This document shows positions 10,207-18,490 of a DNA stretch of 64,000 nucleotides, piece after piece; the first letter of the stretch is position 1, and every line of letters starts with the position of its first letter. Where the stretch lies: positions 705,319 to 769,318 of the forward strand of contig CAZVTT010000001.1 in the NCBI GenBank assembly GCA_964629685.1, read 5' to 3'. This DNA comes from an uncultured Gammaproteobacteria bacterium (GTDB taxonomy: Bacteria > Patescibacteriota > Microgenomatia > UBA10105 > UBA927). Under the pieces are notes generated by a model that made no database searches, was not told where the DNA came from, and saw nothing but the letters and a program-made list of their open reading frames with translations. The translations under genes were made by a program, and so were the position numbers.

Positions 10207-10956
10207 CTACAATGATTCTTCCTGTATTTGTCGAAGTTTTAACGGACGACGCGGATGAGGAGGTTGCCAGGAAAGATTTGTTATCAGCATGTGCATGATT
10301 TTGTAGCCGTCCCGGATAGAATCTATTTTTGACATCCCTTTGCGTTGGTCGTAGGTAATCGGAACAGAATATATTTTGTATCCCAGCTTTACCATTTTGG
10401 TAATCATTTCCATTTCCACGGCAAATCCGTTGGCATTTATATGTGGTTTTAGTACGTCTACTACTTCTTTTTTCCAGGCAAAATACCCGCTTAACACATC
10501 CGTAATATTGGCTTTGTAAAACTGCCGTACCATAAAGGTAAACATCCAGTTAGCTACACGGTGCTGAAAGCTGAGTGCATTGGCGTTTAATTTTCCACCC
10601 AATCGTGAACCCACGATTACATCACAAAAGTTACTGGACAATGGTTCGATAAGACGCAGTATCTCACTGGGTTTGTATGTATGATCCCCATCCAACATCA
10701 CTACATATCCGGCATCTTTGCTTACGGCGTTAAACCCTGCGCGGAGTGCATGGCCTTTGCCTTTGTTCCGTTCATGAATTATTTTTACTCCGAATTCTTT
10801 GGCTACTGCGGCGGTTTTATCGGTAGAATTGTTATCGATTACGATTACTTCCGTTTCCAGGCCATATCCCAGCATTTCCGCACGAGGGATTTCGGCCAGA
10901 ACGTGGCCGATACCGTCTTCTTCATTATGGCAGGGGATTAGAATAGAAATTTTCAT
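10207..10956 (-). CDS. GT2 polyprenyl-phosphate sugar synthase (DPM1/AglJ-like)
   Basis: ILIPCHNEE, IDNNSTD, GKG, LDGDHTY, GSR, ITDVLSGY and F-x-x-EME. Confidence 0.88.
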   Translation of the reverse strand: MKISILIPCHNEEDGIGHVLAEIPRAEMLGYGLETEVIVIDNNSTDKTAAVAKEFGVKIIHERNKGKGHALRAGFNAVSKDAGYVVMLDGDHTYKPSEILRLIEPLSSNFCDVIVGSRLGGKLNANALSFQHRVANWMFTFMVRQFYKANITDVLSGYFAWKKEVVDVLKPHINANGFAVEMEMITKMVKLGYKIYSVPITYDQRKGMSKIDSIRDGYKIMHMLITNLSWQPPHPRRPLKLRQIQEESL

Positions 10957-10957
10957 A

Positions 10958-11413
10958 TTATTCTACAAATGTCCAAAAGTGGATATTTTGTTGTTGATCA
11001 GGTAAACTCACCTCAATTTTAGTACGTCCACTTACGGAGCTAATCATCGGATTTGCGTCAATAGTTTTCATATCGTTATGTGCCAAACGGATAAATCCTT
11101 CATCGAGTAATAATTTTCCGGACGACGTTGTTTCTGCAGTGATTTGGTATTTGTACTCCATAACCTTATTTTCTAAATTATGCAAGGTAAACCGGAACGG
11201 TATTTGTTCGTTTTGATTGCTAGTCTGAGGGAGTTCCATATGTCTCTCAAAATAGAGTTCCGAAAACTTTTCTGGTTCTGGAAGAAGGTGATACGTATTA
11301 AGTATACTTTTAATACTATGGGTATTCGCAGAAAGAAGGACTACAGCAGATAGAAGAGTGAATAATGTTGCGGATAATATTGCAATATTTCTGGTACTCA
11401 TAAGCGAAAACAC
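10958..11413 (-). CDS. Membrane-anchored DUF1616-like beta-domain protein
   Basis: N-terminal TM, then EKFSELYF...LHNLE...YKYQI...IHFW, resembling the DUF1616 C-terminal domain. The start may be the ATG at 11401. Confidence 0.55.
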   Translation of the reverse strand: MFSLMSTRNIAILSATLFTLLSAVVLLSANTHSIKSILNTYHLLPEPEKFSELYFERHMELPQTSNQNEQIPFRFTLHNLENKVMEYKYQITAETTSSGKLLLDEGFIRLAHNDMKTIDANPMISSVSGRTKIEVSLPDQQQNIHFWTFVE

Positions 11414-11496
11414 CGATTATGTTCTTAATAAATACAATAAACAGAGTCGTAGAAAGAAGACACTGGTTATTACTATAAGATTATTTGTGTCGCTAA

Positions 11497-11505
11497 ATTA
11501 TACCA
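11497..11505 (-). promoter_or_regulatory. Extended -10 promoter (TGgTATAAT) for the minus-strand GT operon
   Basis: The reverse complement of ATTATACCA lies in the 11414-11539 intergenic gap. There is no good -35. Confidence 0.45.
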
Positions 11506-11539
11506 GTTTTGTGTAGAGAAAGAAATATAGACTACGTTT

Positions 11540-13081
11540 CTATTGTATCAGATCTTTAATCATCCCCTCGATGGTCCTATTGGTATCGAAGAGTATTCCC
11601 ACCACTGATTGTTCGGGGACAGCAATTTTCATCGAAAGCGTGGTGTTTGCCGTTAAACTTTTAGCACCAAGTAATGTAAAACCGTCTTGTATATTTGAAG
11701 CTACATACGCACGGGCACGGACGTATCCTTTATATGGAGGGTTATTAATATTAACTGTAACTTCTTTTGGCGAATATTCGTCATTCACCAGAATAATACC
11801 GGTTTCGTTTCTGCTGTTTTTAAAAGCTAGTTGTGCAGCTAGATCTTTACCAGTAGAAAGAAAAATTCTACTATCGCCATTACCCAAACCAAGTGTTTTG
11901 CTTAAGAGTATCCAGCTTTTTGACTGAGGCAATAGTGTGGCTTGGTCATTTGTCCAACGGTAAAATGCATATTTTTCCTGGTCTATATTCGAATTTTTTG
12001 CATTTACCGGTTCAATAACGTGATAACTCGTACCTTTTATGCCATTTGTAAGGTAGTAGATAAGCCTTTTGGAAGTAAACGGTATAGCTAAATACGTATT
12101 GGTGTTGGGACTTGGTCTTCCTATATTCGTAGCAAAACTCCATTCTGTTACAAAAACAGGTAGGTCCTGACGGCCTCGCGAAAGCAATGTTTTTTGAATA
12201 ATTGGTAAGGCATCGTCATTTACGCCATAGTAATGGTAACTTACGAAATCGATATTGTTGGCAGTTCTTGGATCGACCAGAATCGTTTGTAAAATAGTGT
12301 TATTTTTTACATTCGAAAGCGTGGGACCTCCGATGGGTATCCGTTTCCCGTCGTTCATTTCTGCATCTACTTCCCTGATTGCCGTGGAAGCATAGTAATA
12401 AATGTTCGCATATGCCTGTTCTTTGGACATCCCACTGTTTTTTAAATCCAGAAATCGGGGATGATCTGGTTCGTTCCAAATTTCTATGTAATCAATTTTA
12501 GGACGAAAGTATTTATACGCTTTTTTTACAATATCTTTATAAACATCCCAGTCTTTTGGTACGCCGAACGTGGTTCCTGAGTACGTTAACCAGCTCGGAG
12601 CATAGGAAACTATGGCTATAGTAGTTAGGTTTCTGGATCGGGCATTATCAAAAAATATTTCCCTGCTTGCGATATTCGCTTTATTCCAATTTGTAACGTC
12701 CTGAATTCCGTTTACGTTCGCTTTATATGATTCCAAGGTAGTGTCTTTATGAAAAAAATATTCGAGTAAAAAGTCTTTTCGTATGGCTGTAACGCCCGCC
12801 GCAGTAATTTTATTCCACGCATCCTGGTGTTCCGGAAGGGGGGCATGGGCGCCGCCAAATACCAGAGGAGAACCTGTGGAAATTTGTTGGGCATAGTCTG
12901 CGTTCACAGTTGCAGTGGTGCTGGTAATTCCCAGTACGTCCGAGGTTCTATATACAATAAACTTACCTGATCGATATACCTGCTTGTATTCAGATATACC
13001 CGAGCTGAGAATCCTACCAATGGATATTGAAGCAATAATTAAGAGTACGAAAAATATGATTTTGGGTGGATTCAATTTCAT
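11540..13081 (-). CDS. Membrane-anchored GH39-like (clan GH-A) glycoside hydrolase
   Basis: N-terminal TM, YIEIWNEPD (acid/base), IGGP, DFVSYHYY, VFVTEWS (nucleophile) and a C-terminal beta-sandwich. Confidence 0.8.
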   Translation of the reverse strand: MKLNPPKIIFFVLLIIASISIGRILSSGISEYKQVYRSGKFIVYRTSDVLGITSTTATVNADYAQQISTGSPLVFGGAHAPLPEHQDAWNKITAAGVTAIRKDFLLEYFFHKDTTLESYKANVNGIQDVTNWNKANIASREIFFDNARSRNLTTIAIVSYAPSWLTYSGTTFGVPKDWDVYKDIVKKAYKYFRPKIDYIEIWNEPDHPRFLDLKNSGMSKEQAYANIYYYASTAIREVDAEMNDGKRIPIGGPTLSNVKNNTILQTILVDPRTANNIDFVSYHYYGVNDDALPIIQKTLLSRGRQDLPVFVTEWSFATNIGRPSPNTNTYLAIPFTSKRLIYYLTNGIKGTSYHVIEPVNAKNSNIDQEKYAFYRWTNDQATLLPQSKSWILLSKTLGLGNGDSRIFLSTGKDLAAQLAFKNSRNETGIILVNDEYSPKEVTVNINNPPYKGYVRARAYVASNIQDGFTLLGAKSLTANTTLSMKIAVPEQSVVGILFDTNRTIEGMIKDLIQ

Positions 13082-13153
13082 TCTGAATTAGTTTTTGTAT
13101 TCTACACTATATATTTAGAATAAAACCAACAATTACTGTATCTTTGTACAATC

Positions 13154-13185
13154 CTTACACAATTCTTACAAGAGTGTATTACACT
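13154..13185. promoter_or_regulatory. CTTACA-N5-CTTACA direct repeat plus AGTGTA-T-TACACT palindrome
   Basis: Exact hexamers at 13154-13159 and 13165-13170 (11-bp period, OmpR/PhoB-type geometry). Perfect inverted repeat at 13173-13185. Confidence 0.5.
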
Positions 13186-13191
13186 AAATAT

Positions 13192-13280
13192 AGTGACCGC
13201 CCTATTATGGGATCAATTGAGTCATTCGTGAGGGATGGCTCTATCAGATAGGTCAAACGTCCCGCCAAGCGGGGCGAAAT
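13192..13280 (+). ncRNA. Candidate structured non-coding RNA (unassigned family)
   Basis: Stems UGACC/GGUCA, CCC/GGG, GAGUCAUUC/GGAUGGCUC and CGUCCCGC-CAA-GCGGGGCG. The G-U pairs work only on the + strand. It is a GC-rich island in AT-rich intergenic DNA. Confidence 0.4.
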
Positions 13281-13350
13281 TATATTCATACATTTTTCTG
13301 GACCTGCTCCTTCATAAAAGAAAAAATACTACGGTACAACCCTTTGGTAC

Positions 13351-13410
13351 CTATACATAGGTATAAATAGATATATTTAGTACTAGTTAGGTATACATAT
13401 CTATACACTG
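13351..13410. repeat. Six phased imperfect 10-bp direct repeats
   Basis: ctatacatag/gtataaatag/atatatttag/tactagttag/gtatacatat/ctatacactg, flanked by GGTACAACC at 13333 and 13424. Confidence 0.55.
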
Positions 13411-13443
13411 CATGCTTCTATTGGGTACAACCATACCCCTGCG

Positions 13444-13472
13444 TTGACAGGATATGTGAGGAATGATACAAT
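13444..13472 (+). promoter_or_regulatory. sigma70 promoter TTGACA-N17-TACAAT with extended -10 TG
   Basis: TTGACA at 13444-13449, TG at 13464-13465 and TACAAT at 13467-13472, 37 nt upstream of the HTH gene ATG. Confidence 0.85.
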
Positions 13473-13509
13473 GCCGGCCTATAAGTTTCGTTCTTATCTC
13501 GGTATTCTC

Positions 13510-13695
13510 ATGAGCTCAGACCAAGATCAACAATTTCTCACCGTAAAGGAAATAGCCAGATTTTTGAAGCTAAATCCGCTTACGATCTACGATTATATTC
13601 ACCTCAAACGCCTTCCGGCCGTTAAGTTTGGCCGCTACTATAGGGTAAGCAAATACGATTTACACAAGTTTATACAGAGTCAAAAAGTACGCTAA
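13510..13695 (+). CDS. Excisionase/BldC-like HTH_17 DNA-binding protein (61 aa)
   Basis: FLTVKEIARFLKLNPLTIYDYIHLKRLPAVKFGRYYRV. The start is placed at ATG 13510 because the track's TTG start at 13444 is the -35 box. Confidence 0.85.
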   Translation: MSSDQDQQFLTVKEIARFLKLNPLTIYDYIHLKRLPAVKFGRYYRVSKYDLHKFIQSQKVR

Positions 13696-13697
13696 CC

Positions 13698-15992
13698 ATG
13701 AAAAAACCGACACTTTCCATTGTCATACCGGTATATAACGAAGAAGGGAACGTTAAACTTCTGCTGGAACGGATTAGCATGGCTATGAAGTCGGCAGGAA
13801 TAAAATACGAAGTCGTATTCATAGACGACCATTCTACCGATAAGACCGTAGAGATAATTAAATCCCTTTCTACCTCGTATCCGTTATCGCTCCTGAAAAA
13901 GAAAAAAGGTATGGCCCGCGGTAAAGCCAGCTCACTTCTGGCCGGATTTGCCTTTGCGAAAGCCGACGTTATTACCATGATCGATGCGGATTTGCAGTAT
14001 CCGCCCGAGGCTATTATTCCCATGTTTGAGAAAATCCTGCATGGAGCAGGGGTCGTAATCGCCAACCGCAAAAAACGTAAAACGGGATTTATCCGACAGG
14101 CAGCCAGCTTATCGTACCGCTACGTATTCGGAAACATCCTTTTGGGTTTTAAACATGACGTGCAGTCGGGGTTAAAAGTATTCCGCAAAGAAATAATCGA
14201 GCGGGTAGCTATAGCACCCAGCCAATGGATGTTTGACCTGGAATTTCTGGTCTTTGCCCGGGATGCGGGATACATTATTGAATCCCATGACATAGAATTT
14301 GCCCCGCGGCACACCGGTGCGGCCAAGATTAACGTGGTGACAGCTGCCGTAGAAATGGCACTCGCAGCAGTACAATTACGCGTCCGGAAAGACAATATTA
14401 TTCCGTTTCACGCTGAAACCAAAGAAAAACACGGAAACGGTTTCCATTTTAAAGGTCTGCCGTTCGTGAGTTATTCCGGCCTAAAACACTACGAAACTGC
14501 TTTTTTCCGGCTTTCTATCCGCCAAACCCTCTGGATTATCGGATTTTTGCTTATTTTAGCCGGAGCACTCATGATTTCGTGGCATGCGACCCTCGTCGGA
14601 CTCGTGGCACTGTTAACCGTGCTGTACTTTGTGGACATGGTGTTTAACTTTTCCCTTGTTCTCCGCAGCGTATCAAAAGATCGTGAGCTCATGATCGACG
14701 ATGAAGATACCAAAATTGCACCTGTTGGCGGTTGGCCGAAATACACTATTTTCTGCCCGCTTTATAAAGAATGGCAGGTTATTCCGCAGTTCGTCCGGGC
14801 TATGAGCCAACTGGATTATCCCAAAGACAAACTGCAGGTTATGCTCTTACTAGAAGAAGACGATACCGCCTCGGTAGAAAAAGTCGCCGAAATGGAATTA
14901 CCAAGCTACTTTACCGTGAAGGTTATTCCGCATAACAAGCCCAAAACGAAGCCCAAAGCGCTCAATTTCGGCTTACGCTATGCGACAGGGGAATATTCGG
15001 TCATTTATGATGCGGAAGACATTCCGGACCCGCTGCAGCTGAAAAAAGCCGTTCTGGCCTTTAAACGGTCTCCGTCTACGGTAAAGTGTATTCAGGCCAA
15101 GCTCAATTTCTATAATCCGCGTCAGAATTTACTGACTCGGATGTTTACCACGGAATATTCTTTGTGGTTCGACTTGGTGTTACCCGGATTACAGTCCATA
15201 GAAGCTCCTATTCCATTGGGAGGCACCTCCAATCACTTCCGCGTGTCGGATTTGCATATTCTGGGGGGCTGGGATGCCTTTAACGTGACCGAAGACTGTG
15301 ATTTGGGTATCAGGCTAGCCAAACGGGGATACCATACCGCCATCGTCAACTCAACCACTATGGAAGAAGCCAACAGTTCACTCTTGAACTGGTACGGTCA
15401 GCGTAGTCGGTGGATAAAGGGCTACATTCAGACATATATGGTTCACATGCGGGATCTGAGCCAGTTTTCGTTCTCCCGGGATAATCCTAACGGTTTTACC
15501 TTTCAGATGGTGGTGGGTGGCAAGATTTTGTCTTTGTTCATTAATCCGTTTATGTGGCTGATTACCATTAGCTACTTTTCGTTTAGGGCCACACTCGGAC
15601 CGATTATCGAAACATTCTATCCATTACCCGTGTTGTACATGGGTGTATTTTCCCTGGTATTCGGAAATTTCCTTTATATGTATTCATACATGATCGGCTG
15701 TTTCCGCCGGGAAGAATACGGACTGGTAAAGTTTGCCCTCATAACGCCATTGTACTGGCTGGCTATGAGCGCGGCAGCCTGGAAAGCCGTATGGGAAATA
15801 GTGTTTAACCCGCATTACTGGCACAAAACTACGCATGGGCTACATTTGGCTAAACAGCCTGAAGCTGCCGGTGCACATCGGTTCGGAATTGTGCAAAAGG
15901 TAAAAAAACATTTAGCCGCGCGTCGACAAAAAGCCAGACATTCACAGATCCTGCCACCGTATCGGAATATAGTCCATCCGAACGTTTCATAA
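13698..15992 (+). CDS. Dual GT2: DPM1-like N-terminal domain plus CESA-like processive synthase
   Basis: N-domain: VIPVYNEE, IDDHSTD, IDADLQ, DVQSGLK. C-domain: 2 TM, KPKALN, YDAED, GGTSNHFR, TEDCDLG, QRSRW and further TMs. Confidence 0.88.
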   Translation: MKKPTLSIVIPVYNEEGNVKLLLERISMAMKSAGIKYEVVFIDDHSTDKTVEIIKSLSTSYPLSLLKKKKGMARGKASSLLAGFAFAKADVITMIDADLQYPPEAIIPMFEKILHGAGVVIANRKKRKTGFIRQAASLSYRYVFGNILLGFKHDVQSGLKVFRKEIIERVAIAPSQWMFDLEFLVFARDAGYIIESHDIEFAPRHTGAAKINVVTAAVEMALAAVQLRVRKDNIIPFHAETKEKHGNGFHFKGLPFVSYSGLKHYETAFFRLSIRQTLWIIGFLLILAGALMISWHATLVGLVALLTVLYFVDMVFNFSLVLRSVSKDRELMIDDEDTKIAPVGGWPKYTIFCPLYKEWQVIPQFVRAMSQLDYPKDKLQVMLLLEEDDTASVEKVAEMELPSYFTVKVIPHNKPKTKPKALNFGLRYATGEYSVIYDAEDIPDPLQLKKAVLAFKRSPSTVKCIQAKLNFYNPRQNLLTRMFTTEYSLWFDLVLPGLQSIEAPIPLGGTSNHFRVSDLHILGGWDAFNVTEDCDLGIRLAKRGYHTAIVNSTTMEEANSSLLNWYGQRSRWIKGYIQTYMVHMRDLSQFSFSRDNPNGFTFQMVVGGKILSLFINPFMWLITISYFSFRATLGPIIETFYPLPVLYMGVFSLVFGNFLYMYSYMIGCFRREEYGLVKFALITPLYWLAMSAAAWKAVWEIVFNPHYWHKTTHGLHLAKQPEAAGAHRFGIVQKVKKHLAARRQKARHSQILPPYRNIVHPNVS

Positions 15993-15995
15993 CGT

Positions 15996-18488
15996 ATGTG
16001 GCAGATCAGATCGTTCGTACTATCCGGGCGCAAGCAGTTGTCTGCCAGTATAAAAACGGGCGGCGCATTTATTGCTGCCTCCATGATCGCCAATGTCGTG
16101 AACTTCCTCTACAGCGCATATCTGGGGCGTATTAGCGGATTTGAAGAGTTTGGACTTATCAGCTTGATTGCCAGCTTTCTGAATCTTTCGCAAATTCCGC
16201 TGCAGGCGTATTCCAGCACTATTTCCCACCGCACTTCGTATCTGTTCGGAAAATACGGAACACCGGCCAAGCCGTTTTGGGCTCATTTTCGGGGAGGAGC
16301 ATTAAAGCCGGCGTTACTGCTCAGTGGTGCCTGGCTGGTACTTATTCCGTTTATGGCGGCATTCTTTCAGACGGACAGATTGTTGCCGTTCTTACTGTTT
16401 ACTCCTATCTGGAGCGTAGGGGTAGCTGCTGCCGTAGATTCCGGCTTTTTGAGCGGGTCCATGCGGTTTAATACGCTGGCGGCCATGATGCTCTCCGAAG
16501 TTTCAGTGAAGTTTGCGGTAACAGTACTTATGGTGCTGATAGGCCTACCGCAATATGTGTATGTTGCGATTCCCGCCGGGATCATAACGTCGTACGTTAT
16601 CGGATGGCTCGTAGCGCGGGGGATTGTAACCAAACATATAGCACACGCGGATTTTCATTCTACCGTGTTGCCACGACGGTTTTATGCGTCATCCTTTTTA
16701 AGCAAGGTTTCCTTGGTAGCGTTTTTAACCATGGATGCCATGCTGGCCAAACATTATTTGCCGCCGAAAGAAGCGGGGCAGTATGCACTCCTTTCCCTGG
16801 TGGGAAAAATGGTATTTTTTATGGGAACATTATTTACTCAGTTCCTCACACCCCTGATCAGCAAGCATGAAGGTGCAGGCAGGAATTCGACTAAAATTTT
16901 TTGGGTAATATTACTACTCACCACTGCTGCAGTGTTGGGCGGCGTTACTACCGTCGGCGTATTCGGATATATTACTATTCCGTTCCTGTTGGGACCCAAA
17001 GCCTGGGACATTGTGGCGTATTTGCCCACATATACATTTGCCATGGGTTGTATGGCGATTGCCATGGGTTTTGTTTCGTACCATCAGTCACGACGGGTAC
17101 ACTTGTTCGCGGTTGCCAGCTTCGGCATGTCGCTGATCATGCTTACGGGCATAGTGCTGTGGCACGGATCGGTAGAAGAAATAGCCAAGGTGCTCACGGT
17201 GAGCGGAATTATTTTTCTGATGGTAACCATGTTTCTGCATCGGTTCCATGAGGCGGTTTCCACCGTAATCCGGAATATCCGTGATTTTTTGGAGCTGTTT
17301 CTGGACGATAAGCAAAAACGGGAGGGCATGCCTAATTCCCTCCGGATACTGATATTTAATTGGCGAGATACCCAACATGTTTGGGCTGGAGGAGCCGAGG
17401 AATATATTCATCAGCTCAGCAAACGGTGGGTAAAGGATGGACACAGCGTAACCGTTTTTTGCGGAAATGATCAGAAACACGCCCGGAATGAAGTAATAGA
17501 TGGTGTGCAGATGGTCCGGCGCGGGGGCTTTTACATGGTATATCTGTGGGCGGCACTGTATTATATTTTTCGCTTTCGTGGACAATTTGACGTCATCGTA
17601 GATGCCGAGAACGGAATTCCATTTTTTACCCCGCTTTTCGTGCGCAAACCCACTATATTACTTATTCATCATGTTCATCAGGACGTTTTCCGGGATCAAT
17701 TATGGTTACCGCTCGCCATGCTGGCTACATTCCTGGAAACAAAACTTATGCCCATGCTGTACCGGAATGTCCCGGTCGTAACCGTATCCGAATCATCCAA
17801 AAAAGAAATTCTGCGGGTAGGATTTGGTGTAGCCAATACGGTAACTATTGTGTATCCGGGAATAGAGCCTGAACTGTATAAAACCGTCCGCAAAACTGCG
17901 CATCCGTCAGTGCTATATCTGGGACGATTACGGCCGTACAAACAAGTAGATGTGCTTATCCGGGCATTTGCCAAAGCGCTTTCCGCTCATCCGGAAATGA
18001 AGCTGACGATAGCCGGGGAAGGCGTAAGTTTGAAAGAACTGGAAACACTTGCGAATTCGCTCAATATTTCCCACGCGGTGCAATTTACCGGCCGGGTTTC
18101 GGAACGGGAAAAAGTGGCGTTGCTTGGATCGCACTGGGTTATGGTACAGCCGTCTTCCATAGAAGGATGGGGTATTACCGTGATAGAAGCAAACGCCTGC
18201 GGTACGCCGGTGATTGCGTCTGACGTACACGGATTACGGGATTCGGTCGTAGACGAAAAGACCGGACTATTGGTGCATCCGGGAGACCATCAGAGTCTGG
18301 CTGCTGCCGTATCGTATGTGATTACCCATCATGAAGACCGGAAACAAATGACCGCTGCCGCTCTCGATTGGTCTAAATCATTTGATTGGGATCAAAGTGC
18401 CGCCGTATTTTTACAGGTTCTTAAACGCAGTATTACCGGACATAGAAAAACAATTTCCGGCAGACCAATTACGACTATTGCCCGATAA
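15996..18488 (+). CDS. Wzx/MATE-like flippase fused to GT4 glycosyltransferase
   Basis: About 12 TM segments with EEFGL and EAGQY motifs, then ILIFNWRD...AGGAE...LGRLRPYK...EGWGITVIE. Confidence 0.85.
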   Translation: MWQIRSFVLSGRKQLSASIKTGGAFIAASMIANVVNFLYSAYLGRISGFEEFGLISLIASFLNLSQIPLQAYSSTISHRTSYLFGKYGTPAKPFWAHFRGGALKPALLLSGAWLVLIPFMAAFFQTDRLLPFLLFTPIWSVGVAAAVDSGFLSGSMRFNTLAAMMLSEVSVKFAVTVLMVLIGLPQYVYVAIPAGIITSYVIGWLVARGIVTKHIAHADFHSTVLPRRFYASSFLSKVSLVAFLTMDAMLAKHYLPPKEAGQYALLSLVGKMVFFMGTLFTQFLTPLISKHEGAGRNSTKIFWVILLLTTAAVLGGVTTVGVFGYITIPFLLGPKAWDIVAYLPTYTFAMGCMAIAMGFVSYHQSRRVHLFAVASFGMSLIMLTGIVLWHGSVEEIAKVLTVSGIIFLMVTMFLHRFHEAVSTVIRNIRDFLELFLDDKQKREGMPNSLRILIFNWRDTQHVWAGGAEEYIHQLSKRWVKDGHSVTVFCGNDQKHARNEVIDGVQMVRRGGFYMVYLWAALYYIFRFRGQFDVIVDAENGIPFFTPLFVRKPTILLIHHVHQDVFRDQLWLPLAMLATFLETKLMPMLYRNVPVVTVSESSKKEILRVGFGVANTVTIVYPGIEPELYKTVRKTAHPSVLYLGRLRPYKQVDVLIRAFAKALSAHPEMKLTIAGEGVSLKELETLANSLNISHAVQFTGRVSEREKVALLGSHWVMVQPSSIEGWGITVIEANACGTPVIASDVHGLRDSVVDEKTGLLVHPGDHQSLAAAVSYVITHHEDRKQMTAAALDWSKSFDWDQSAAVFLQVLKRSITGHRKTISGRPITTIAR

Positions 18489-18490
18489 AT

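Noticed and set aside
13192-13310. Hammerhead ribozyme, c-di-GMP-I or purine riboswitch, or SRP RNA
   Set aside because: Only fragments match (CUGAUAGA, GGUCAAAC, GAAGGAGCAGGUCC). The conserved cores are incomplete or in the wrong order.
13351-13410. CRISPR array
   Set aside because: The units are 10 bp, degenerate and have no spacers. There are no cas genes.
13510-13695. Excisionase as the mark of a prophage or ICE
   Set aside because: There is no integrase, att-like tRNA end, phage or conjugation gene in the window. The gene is coupled to the GT operon.
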